Origin: an uncultured Acidobacteriota bacterium
Lineage (GTDB): Bacteria; Acidobacteriota; Terriglobia; Terriglobales; Acidobacteriaceae
DNA length: 64,000 nt
Reading direction: 5' to 3'
NCBI GenBank assembly: GCA_963756015.1
Contig: CAVWMB010000006.1
Span: 1,293,949 to 1,357,948 of the forward strand
Part shown: in pieces, positions 1-7,737 of the stretch
Layout: each line of letters begins with the position of its first letter
How positions within the stretch are numbered: position 1 is the stretch's first letter
The notes under the pieces: generated by a model
What the model was told of the DNA's origin: nothing
What the model saw: the letters and a program-made list of their open reading frames with translations, nothing else
Databases searched by the model: none
Made by a program: the position numbers and the translations under genes

Positions 1-156
1 GAGTAGAGCAGTGTTTTAAGGTAAAGTAGTCTTCGCAAACACCGCAGCCGGCCTCGTTCGTAACCTCTTCGAAACCTACGGGCGAGGCCCCGCTCGGAAG
101 CTACCATCGAAAGCTCGTTCCTAAAGACCGACCGAAAAGTCAGAATCAGGCCGCGA

Positions 157-1281
157 CTAAGTCCAGCGAAACCACTTCAGCGCCAGCAGAAAAGAAATTC
201 CACCCCAAAGCGACATCACCAATAAACGTGGCCACTGATGGAGCAGAGGTGTACCTTCCAGAATGCTTGCTCTTAGGGCATCGTTCAGGGCAGTCAGAGG
301 CAAAGCCTTGATGAGGGGCTGGATCATAGCGGGAAAACGCTCGTAAGAAAAGAACACTCCAGAAAAAATCCACATGGGCATCATGACCAGGTTCATAAGC
401 CCACTTACGCTTTCGATTTTCTGCGCCCGGCTTGCGGTCAGCAATCCTACTCCGCCAAAACACAGGGCTCCCACCGAACCCAGCAGGAGAATGGTAAATA
501 TTGATCCCAGGATTTTCATGTGGAAGACGAACACGCCGAGGATGAGCAACAGTGCGATCTCAATGACCATCAACACCAGCCGGCTCGACATAAGAGCCAG
601 CAGGAAATCTCCCCGGCGCATGGGCGTCCCCACGAAGCGCTTGAGCAGTTTGCGTTGCCGCATGTCCACCAGAGCGAAGCCAATGCCCCACATGCCGGAG
701 TTCATCAGATTCATGCCCAGTAATCCTGGAATCAGAAAATCAATATAGCGGGAGCCTGGCTCCGAAGAGGTGACCACGCTGGTGGCAACAACATCTTTGC
801 GACCTGCCGCCGCTTGCAGCGCGTCGTTCGCTTCCGATCGGGCAAGCACACTCTCGGGCCGCGCCGGATCATAGCGGTAGCGCAGCCCTCCAGCGCCATC
901 CGGTTCGATCACCAGATCGTATTTTCCCAGGCGAAACCCCTTGCGTGCGCCTGCGTCATCCTGTACCTCGACTTTGAACGCTGCATGCTCGGGAGAACGC
1001 TGCAGCAACGATTGTGCTTCGTGAGCGCCCGGTCCAGCGACAATTGCGACCGAGGAGGCGTCGGCGGGCTTGTTGCGAAAGGCGATTCCCAGCCCGGCAG
1101 CCAGTAACAGTGGAAACACGAATACCCAGAACACGACCTCTGGCTCCCGTTTCAACTCCAGCATGCGAGCCATCAGAAGATGAAGATAACCGGCCCACCG
1201 GCCGTTGCGCCGGGGCGGACGTCTCCCGGAGCTACGATTTCTACGACGCGGGTTTGCTCTGCGACGCTCATATTTGATCAT
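157..1281 (-). CDS. ABC-2 type transporter permease
   Basis: 374-aa ORF with several hydrophobic spans (EVVFWVFVFPLLLAAGLGIAF, LVLMVIEIALLLILGVFVF, MNLVMMPMWIFSGVFFS). It lies 77 nt downstream of an ABC ATPase on the same strand. The N-terminus is Arg-rich and the start is uncertain. Confidence 0.8.
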   Translation of the reverse strand: MIKYERRRANPRRRNRSSGRRPPRRNGRWAGYLHLLMARMLELKREPEVVFWVFVFPLLLAAGLGIAFRNKPADASSVAIVAGPGAHEAQSLLQRSPEHAAFKVEVQDDAGARKGFRLGKYDLVIEPDGAGGLRYRYDPARPESVLARSEANDALQAAAGRKDVVATSVVTSSEPGSRYIDFLIPGLLGMNLMNSGMWGIGFALVDMRQRKLLKRFVGTPMRRGDFLLALMSSRLVLMVIEIALLLILGVFVFHMKILGSIFTILLLGSVGALCFGGVGLLTASRAQKIESVSGLMNLVMMPMWIFSGVFFSYERFPAMIQPLIKALPLTALNDALRASILEGTPLLHQWPRLLVMSLWGGISFLLALKWFRWT

Positions 1282-1358
1282 CCGTCACTCTGTCAGACGC
1301 TCATACTCTGCAACTCATAGGTCGATTAAGTTTTTCACTCTTGTCTTAACTTCTTGAC

Positions 1359-2303
1359 TTACTCTTCGCGCAAATGCCGGCCGGTAAGCCGGACGAACAC
1401 ATCCTCCAGGCTGGCTTGCCGGGTAGTAAGGTGTTGCAACTCACTTCCTTGCTTGCCGATGGCTTCCAGCAACGCTGGAATTGTCAGGTGAGGCTCCTTG
1501 ACACTGAGCGCAACCATGCCGTCATCCTCGCGCACCGACTCGACGCTGGGCAGGGCGCGCCAAGCGGCAAGCGCCGCTGGGTCCGAATTGCCATTGGCTT
1601 TGCCGCCTACGGCAAACTCCACCACATGATGGCCGCCCAAACGCTCAATCAATTCGGCCGGCGAACCCTCGGCGATGATCTGGCCGTGATCCACGATCGC
1701 CAGCCGGTCGCAAAGGCGTTCAGCTTCGTCCATGTAGTGTGTGGTCAGCAGCACGGTACCGCCCTCGCGCTGAAACTCGCGGACGATATCCCATAACTGC
1801 CGCCGGCTCTGGGGATCGAGGCCGGTTGTCGGCTCATCGAGAAAAAGAATCTTAGGATTGCATACCAGCGCCGTCGCCACCGCCAGCCGCTGCCGCTGGC
1901 CGCCGGAAAGCTTCCCCACCCAGGCATCGGCCTTCTCGGTGAGCTGCAACTGCTCGAGAACTTCCCCGGTGGAACGAGGCTCACGATAGAAGCTGGCAAA
2001 AAGCTCAACCGTTTCGCGCACGCTAAGCTTCTCCGAGAGCCGCGTCTCCTGCAGAGAAATGCCCAGCCACTCGCGCATTTCGCGCGCATTCTCGCGCCAC
2101 GAATGGCCGAGAATCGACACCTCTCCGGAAGTCGCTTCCAGCAAGCCTTCGAGGATCTCAATGGTGGTCGTTTTGCCGGCTCCGTTCGGTCCCAGCAGAC
2201 CGAAGCATTCTCCGGTTTGAATTTCGAGGTTGAGCCCGCGCACGGCCTCGACCTTGCCATCGTAGGTCTTGCGCAAATCGCGACATTGAACGGCTATAGC
2301 CAC
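1359..2303 (-). CDS. ABC transporter ATP-binding protein
   Basis: Walker A GPNGAGKTTT, ABC signature LSGGQRQRL, Walker B ILFLDEPTTGLD, H-loop TTHYMDEA. Confidence 0.95.
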   Translation of the reverse strand: MAIAVQCRDLRKTYDGKVEAVRGLNLEIQTGECFGLLGPNGAGKTTTIEILEGLLEATSGEVSILGHSWRENAREMREWLGISLQETRLSEKLSVRETVELFASFYREPRSTGEVLEQLQLTEKADAWVGKLSGGQRQRLAVATALVCNPKILFLDEPTTGLDPQSRRQLWDIVREFQREGGTVLLTTHYMDEAERLCDRLAIVDHGQIIAEGSPAELIERLGGHHVVEFAVGGKANGNSDPAALAAWRALPSVESVREDDGMVALSVKEPHLTIPALLEAIGKQGSELQHLTTRQASLEDVFVRLTGRHLREE

Positions 2304-2563
2304 GCTCGCATTCTAGCGTACTGCCGATCTTTTAGTTGTTGTAGTAGTTGCCGGGAACCGTCGCGTCGAGAATCCGCCCTGCTAAAATAACGCATCGCGA
2401 ATTTCATTTTGGCATCTTCACCCCTATGCGCACCTGCAAGGGCTGATCTAGTTAACCGGGTTCCCCTCTAAGATGCGTGTGAGTCTTTCCAACCAGTTTT
2501 CAGCACGCGGTTATAAGCACTCGGTTCTACGTTCTCTGGTGAGAACGCGAAAGGAAGCCGCTT

Positions 2564-3550
2564 ATGTTGCGCAAGGTTTTCGTATTGTCGTCGCTCTTTC
2601 TCGCCATGGCCGTTGCCGGCTCCGCTCAGGATTCCCGTGCCTTCACGTTTCATTATGCTTTCACGGTGAGGAATGTTCCCACCGGGAAAACAATTCGAAT
2701 CTGGTTTCCGGCGGCGCACTCCGACGCATATCAGGAAGTGAAAATCATCTCGGCTCACGGCGATTTGCCGCTGAAGATGACACGAGAAACCAAATTCGAC
2801 AACCAGCTTTACTATGCTGAGTCCAGCACGCCCCAGCCTGAATTGCACTTCGATGTGGAATACCAAGTTGTGCGCCACCAACGCGTGGCGCTCGGACCAA
2901 CCGCGCCCCATTTGTCCGCCGTCTCGCTTTCTTCAGCGGAGAGGAGAGAAGATCTGCAACCCGATGCGCTGGTTCCGGTAACCGGCTTGCCGGCTGACCT
3001 CGCCGTGAAGGTTACTCAGGGCAAGACCAACAACCTCGAAAAGGCCCGCTCCATCTACGATTACGTCTTTACCACCATGCGTTACGACAAAACCGGAACC
3101 GGCTGGGGGCATGGAGACGTGCTCTACGCTTGTGACGCGAAGAAAGGCAATTGCACCGATTTTCATTCTCTGTTTATTGCGATGGCCCGCTCGCAAGGCA
3201 TTCCGGCACGCTTCGAAATCGGATTTCCACTGCCTCCGGACAAGCATGCAGCCGAGATCGCCGGGTACCACTGCTGGTCCGATTTCTATCTCGACGGCAA
3301 CGGTTGGATTCCGGTAGACATCTCCGAAGCATGGAAGCACCCGGAAAAGCGCGACTATTTTTTCGGGTCGCATGACGTGAACCGCATGCAATTCAGTATG
3401 GGGCGCGACCTGCGCTTGAGTCCTCCGCAGGAGGGTAAGCCGCTAAACTATTTTGTTTACCCTTATGTAGAAGTCGACGGCAGTGAGTTCGCGAATGTGG
3501 CGTTAGATTTTTCATTCGCCGACATCCAGGCGGTGGCCACGACAAGATAG
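2564..3550 (+). CDS. transglutaminase-like domain protein, secreted
   Basis: Signal-like N-terminus MLRKVFVLSSLFLAMAVAGSAQ. Transglutaminase-core Cys/His/Asp contexts are present: KKGNCTDFHSLF, GYHCWSDFY, WIPVDISE. An AAGGAAG Shine-Dalgarno sits 6 nt upstream of the ATG. Confidence 0.8.
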   Translation: MLRKVFVLSSLFLAMAVAGSAQDSRAFTFHYAFTVRNVPTGKTIRIWFPAAHSDAYQEVKIISAHGDLPLKMTRETKFDNQLYYAESSTPQPELHFDVEYQVVRHQRVALGPTAPHLSAVSLSSAERREDLQPDALVPVTGLPADLAVKVTQGKTNNLEKARSIYDYVFTTMRYDKTGTGWGHGDVLYACDAKKGNCTDFHSLFIAMARSQGIPARFEIGFPLPPDKHAAEIAGYHCWSDFYLDGNGWIPVDISEAWKHPEKRDYFFGSHDVNRMQFSMGRDLRLSPPQEGKPLNYFVYPYVEVDGSEFANVALDFSFADIQAVATTR

Positions 3551-3729
3551 CTTCAGTCGCTCCTCATCCAGTTAACAGGGGAACACGCCGCGCGCCGCGC
3601 AATCGTGATTGCCTAATTACCGGCCGACACTGCTGTCCGGGGGCGTGCGTGAGATTGCCGTAAGCGATTGAACGCCCTTAGCATACGCCGCGGTATCAGC
3701 GGGAATGATTTGGAAAGTCCAGTCGTGTC

Positions 3730-4164
3730 TTAACGCCGATCCGGATGGTTGGGGTCAGTGAACTCCATCAACTCAATGGGTGCGCCGTTTTCGACGATGA
3801 ACGCGACGCGCACCCCATCGGATGGGCTGTTCGGCGAAATCAAAATTTCTCGACCTACCAGTTCGGACGCAAGGTCACTCACCTCAAAAGCAACATGTGG
3901 CACTTGCCTGACCAACTCGGGAATACGCGCGTCCGCTTCGAACCGCATCCATTCCACCCCATACTCGCTGTTTTCGTGTCCGACAATATAGATCCTTAGA
4001 TGCTCGATGTGGCGCTCTCCCGTCCTTGGTTGGGTGGTAGGAATTCCAATGTGGTGATATCGACGCACTTCTTCGCCTCTGTTCCAAAACACCAATTCTA
4101 CGGGGTCCCACAGCGTTTTCGCTGCAGGGTGGCCCGTTCGACGTTGGCCGAACGAAAATGCCAA
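3730..4164 (-). CDS. VOC (glyoxalase/bleomycin-resistance fold) family protein
   Basis: 144-aa ORF with VOC-like segments HHIGIPT ... VPHVAFEVSDL ... VAFIVENGAPIELMEF. It lies 21 nt downstream of the preceding same-strand gene. Confidence 0.6.
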   Translation of the reverse strand: MAFSFGQRRTGHPAAKTLWDPVELVFWNRGEEVRRYHHIGIPTTQPRTGERHIEHLRIYIVGHENSEYGVEWMRFEADARIPELVRQVPHVAFEVSDLASELVGREILISPNSPSDGVRVAFIVENGAPIELMEFTDPNHPDRR

Positions 4165-4185
4165 CCAACCGATTCGGTTCGAGTT

Positions 4186-5319
4186 TTAATCGGACCGCAG
4201 TGAACGGCTCATTGCCACGCTTTGAAGCACTCCGTTCGGTGCCTGAGGCACATCCGGAGGCGGCGGGGGTGGGACGGGAGACCCCCCGCTTGCAGGCTTG
4301 GGCACACTGTCTGAGTCTTCGCCAGGACGCCGCAGGCTGGGCGCATTCGTCGGGCGTTCCTGCTCTTGTTGTTGCTTCGCCTCTCGATCCGGTTGCGGCA
4401 AGAGCACTTCTTTTTCCGTCCGGACAATCTTTTCTCCATCGACCTTCATGGTTTCGACGCGCACAACTTCATCGCCCACAAAGCGCACGAAATCGACATC
4501 CGCCGGAGGCTCGCCATAAATCCATTCTTCGTATTCAGTATCCCCATCCCGTTCCCGGACTTTCTTTGGTGCTTTGCCTTTGGCGTGCAACACCATTTCC
4601 TGATTCATACCGACGAGTACGTGATGCGCCTGAATCGCGGCTTTGACCTTGGGTGGAACCGTGTCGAGATAAGCCTGCTCTTTGTTCCGCGCATTGAAGT
4701 CCAGCACCGGATAGAGCAACTGCCGCAACTGTTGCGCGGTCATCTCCGGAACATACTTGGCGAAGTAAAGGTCGACGTAGGATCCATGGGCGTTGGTTTG
4801 GGGATTATCCGGCCCGGTCGTGATCGGTCCGTTCGAGCCTGCCACCTCAACCCGCTGATACCACTTTTTGCGGCGGACAGGGCCGCCGTTGATTTCGAAG
4901 TGGATGTGGTCATTTTTAATTTGCACCCACGATATGTGGACGGGATCGCCGGGCTTGATCGCGGGTCCCCAGAGTGTGAGTGCCTGCTGCAACTGTTCGC
5001 CGTTCGGCGTGATCACTCCCTCTCTCAACTGAAGGCCTTTGGTGCCAATGGGAAAAGCTGTCCGCGAATAAACCAGCTGGGTTTCAAAATCGCGGATGAT
5101 TTGAAAGCGAGTCTGTTTGGAAATGGGTCCCGCGTGGGAAGAAATCGGCTCCGACGGTTTCTGCTCACTCAGCGGATGAGAGTCGGATGAAGAAGCCGCT
5201 GGGGGATTTTGGGTGGCCGCGGTTGCGCTGGCCTGGCCCTGAGCCGCACAGGGAGCGAACGCGCAGGGAACAAACAACAGAGGTAAAACCAGAAGGGTAG
5301 GTCTACGAAATCGCGGCAT
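4186..5319 (-). CDS. secreted hypothetical protein (Pro-rich C-terminus)
   Basis: Signal peptide MPRFRRPTLLVLPLLFVPCAFAPCAAQ. The central region has no motif I recognise. One segment (VLVGMNQEMVLHAKGKAPKKV ... EEWIYG) vaguely resembles the SmpA/OmlA fold. It lies downstream of the ECF sigma/anti-sigma pair. Confidence 0.6.
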   Translation of the reverse strand: MPRFRRPTLLVLPLLFVPCAFAPCAAQGQASATAATQNPPAASSSDSHPLSEQKPSEPISSHAGPISKQTRFQIIRDFETQLVYSRTAFPIGTKGLQLREGVITPNGEQLQQALTLWGPAIKPGDPVHISWVQIKNDHIHFEINGGPVRRKKWYQRVEVAGSNGPITTGPDNPQTNAHGSYVDLYFAKYVPEMTAQQLRQLLYPVLDFNARNKEQAYLDTVPPKVKAAIQAHHVLVGMNQEMVLHAKGKAPKKVRERDGDTEYEEWIYGEPPADVDFVRFVGDEVVRVETMKVDGEKIVRTEKEVLLPQPDREAKQQQEQERPTNAPSLRRPGEDSDSVPKPASGGSPVPPPPPPDVPQAPNGVLQSVAMSRSLRSD

Positions 5320-5402
5320 GCAACACCCCAGGGCGCGACAACCATTATATGCGATGGAGTGCGGAAGGCGCAGGGTCGCTAACTATTTACAGGAGGCACA
5401 GT

Positions 5403-5660
5403 CTATACACTTTCCGGACCCCGCTTCCGGTGCTGCTGGCACTTGGTCATGATGGCGGATCGCAGGCGAGTACGAAGGTCTTCGGGCAGCTCATAGAGCT
5501 GAGAGTCGCGGTAGATCTCGATCGTCTTCTTGGTAGTGTCACAAACCACATAGCAGTTGTGGCACCAGGATAGATGATTCTCCAGTTCGACCTTAGTAGG
5601 TTCGTCGAGTACTCCGTCCAAATAATTGGTGAGCTCGTGCAAAAACTCAGAGCATTTCAC
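5403..5660 (-). CDS. zinc-binding anti-sigma factor (ZAS family), small soluble type
   Basis: 85-aa ORF with the H-x3-C-x2-C motif (HLSWCHNC) and no hydrophobic transmembrane span. Its GTG start overlaps the sigma-factor stop (GTGA, 5657-5660). Confidence 0.75.
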   Translation of the reverse strand: MKCSEFLHELTNYLDGVLDEPTKVELENHLSWCHNCYVVCDTTKKTIEIYRDSQLYELPEDLRTRLRSAIMTKCQQHRKRGPESV

Positions 5661-6286
5661 TGGTCGCCATCTCCACTCTCGCGTTTCTGGAAGAACCTCC
5701 CGAGACGCTCGCGAAGCTGCAAGCGCGCTCGCAGCAGCCGCGATTTGACCGCAGGCACGCTTAACTCCAGCGCTGCCGCGGTCTCCTCGGTCGAAAGTCC
5801 TTCTACGTCTCTCAGTACAAACACGGTCCGGAAGCCTGGGGGCAGGCCCTGGATCGTCTTGCTTAAAATCTCCCGCAACTCCGCTTGCGTGTACTGCTGC
5901 TCGGGGTTCGGGCTCCAGTCTGCGATCTCACGGGGAAGAGAATCATCTTCCGTCTTGATGTCTTCGTCGAGTGAGACCGTTCGTTCCGGCTTCTTGCGGC
6001 GCAACTTCATCAACGCTTCGTTGACGGCGATGCGCACCAGCCAGGTGTAAAACTTCGACTGCTCCTGAAACTTCGCCAGGTTGCTGTAGGCCTTCAGGAA
6101 GGCTTCCTGCACCACATCTTCCGCATCCTCACGGTTTTGCGTGATGTGTTGCGCAATCCTGAAAACGTTCCGGTCATAACGGCGGACCAACTCTTCGAAA
6201 GCTGAGTCGTCGCCCCGCTTGGCCGCCTGCACCAGGGTCAGTTCATCACTGACAGGCCCCTCTAGTTTGTTTTGGATGGCTCCCAT
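5657..6286 (-). CDS. RNA polymerase ECF-type sigma-70 factor
   Basis: Region 2 is recognisable as FEELVRRYDRNVFRIAQHI...DAEDVVQEAFLKAY. Region 4 HTH is EGLSTEETAAALELSVPAVKSRLLRAR. I chose the ATG at 6286 (MGAIQNK); the ORF is open up to a TTG at 6334. Confidence 0.85.
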   Translation of the reverse strand: MGAIQNKLEGPVSDELTLVQAAKRGDDSAFEELVRRYDRNVFRIAQHITQNREDAEDVVQEAFLKAYSNLAKFQEQSKFYTWLVRIAVNEALMKLRRKKPERTVSLDEDIKTEDDSLPREIADWSPNPEQQYTQAELREILSKTIQGLPPGFRTVFVLRDVEGLSTEETAAALELSVPAVKSRLLRARLQLRERLGRFFQKRESGDGDQ

Positions 6287-6562
6287 TCTCTCGGCGATGC
6301 AGTATTTTGCTGGTAACGAAAATCCTGGTTCCAAAAGTAAACTGTTATTCTACTTGGTAACCCGAGTGTTTGCCCAACTGCTTTCACCTTTCGAGTGCCA
6401 CGCGATTTGCGATAGAGTCATGGGTGCAGCGGGTACGCGGTCGAACACGTCCTCCCGTACTCTGGGGTGGCCTCACAAGTGCCGTATAATCAGCATTTAG
6501 ACCTTCCGTCCGCGGATAATGCGCGGATCCTGCGGAACTTGAGCAAGTACGGTTCGTTACGC

Positions 6563-7708
6563 ATGTCAAAACGGGACGAGAAACAAATCGCGGAGCGGCA
6601 AAGCGAGATTCGACAGATCGTCGAACACGCCGTCGTCGCGTCTTTTCAGGCGCAGATTCCACAACTGCAAACGCAAATTGTGCAGCAGGTTCTCGAAGCT
6701 TTGCCGAGCCCAGCGAGTGCAACTGTCACTGCAGCATCGGGAGACTCGGCGAAGCTGGTGCAGGCAGTCTTCAATATCCATTCGGGTTCAACTCAAAAAG
6801 AAATTCTCAGAGCGCTGTTGGATTCAGCCAGTGAATATTGCGCGCGCGTGGCGCTTTTTGTGGTGAAAGCGGGAGCCGCGTCCGGCTGGCAATCGCGGGG
6901 TTTTGGCGAAGAGGAAGCGGTCAAAGATTTTTCGCTCGATCTGAATGCCGGGCCAGTGTCCCACACTTATCAAAACCGAATCGCCACTCCAGGCAACATC
7001 GCAGAAATGGGCAGGCCCTTTGTGGAGCAGTTCGGCAGTCCGGCCAACGAACAGGTGCTGGTGCTGCCGCTTCTCCTCAAAGACAAGGTGGCTGCGCTGG
7101 TCTACGGCGATGGAGGCGACGGAGGAAAGTTCGACCCGGCTGCGCTGGAATTGCTGGTGATGGCCACCAGCGCCTGGCTCGAGGTGACCTCGCTCCGGAA
7201 GCAAGTTGCCGCCAGGGAAGATATTGCAATGGCGAGCCGGGTTGAGAGCGCGCCTCCGCCGGTGCAAACGGTTTCTACGTTTTCTGATCCCTTCGCGGCG
7301 CACGCTCCCAAGCATGTGCCTGCCAGTGCCGCGCCCCAGCCCGAACCCGCGGCGGAGGTGGTGGAAGTTGCCGCGGCGCACGCCAGCGCTGCTGCGGCCC
7401 CGGCCGCGGCCGCCGATCCTTTAGCGGGCATGTCAGCCGAAGATGCCGACACTCATCGCAAGGCGCAACGGTTCGCCCGCCTGCTGGTCGACGAAATCAA
7501 ACTTTACAACCAGGCGAAGGTGGCCGAGGGCCGGCGCAACAAAGATCTTTATGACCGCCTGAAGGAAGACATCGACAAAAGCCGCGGCACATTTCAGAAG
7601 CGATACGGCAGCACGGCCGCTGCCAGCGGAGATTATTTTCACCACGAGTTGCTGCGCAGCCTTGCCGAAGATGACATTTCGATTATGGGTTCGAATTTTC
7701 ACCGCTAG
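6563..7708 (+). CDS. hypothetical protein (GAF-like central region, conserved-looking charged C-terminal module)
   Basis: The long ORF runs 6467-7708 and I chose the ATG at 6563 (MSKRDEK). The central segment LLDSASEYCARVALFVVKAGAASGW...VLPLLLKDKVAALVYGD looks GAF-like. An Ala/Pro-rich linker follows. The C-terminus is KAQRFARLLVDEIKLYNQAKVAEGRRNKDLYDRLKEDIDKSR. Confidence 0.6.
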   Translation: MSKRDEKQIAERQSEIRQIVEHAVVASFQAQIPQLQTQIVQQVLEALPSPASATVTAASGDSAKLVQAVFNIHSGSTQKEILRALLDSASEYCARVALFVVKAGAASGWQSRGFGEEEAVKDFSLDLNAGPVSHTYQNRIATPGNIAEMGRPFVEQFGSPANEQVLVLPLLLKDKVAALVYGDGGDGGKFDPAALELLVMATSAWLEVTSLRKQVAAREDIAMASRVESAPPPVQTVSTFSDPFAAHAPKHVPASAAPQPEPAAEVVEVAAAHASAAAAPAAAADPLAGMSAEDADTHRKAQRFARLLVDEIKLYNQAKVAEGRRNKDLYDRLKEDIDKSRGTFQKRYGSTAAASGDYFHHELLRSLAEDDISIMGSNFHR

Positions 7709-7737
7709 GTTAGCGGGGTTCTAGTAGTAGAGTTTCT

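Noticed and set aside
1-156. Possible start of a further minus-strand gene (ATG at 107, frame open to the window edge) or a structured RNA downstream of the ABC permease.
   Set aside because: Only about 35 Arg-rich codons are visible, with no Shine-Dalgarno and no recognisable motif. I also saw no tmRNA, RNase P or SRP-like conserved strings. There is too little sequence to support any call.
6485-6490. Exact TATAAT hexamer upstream of the 6563 gene, and a second one at about 15962 between the xdhC-like and mocA-like genes.
   Set aside because: Neither has a credible -35 or a TG extension at proper spacing, and the second points antisense to the surrounding genes. A lone hexamer is expected by chance. 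Only the mutS TGnTATAAT element was kept.
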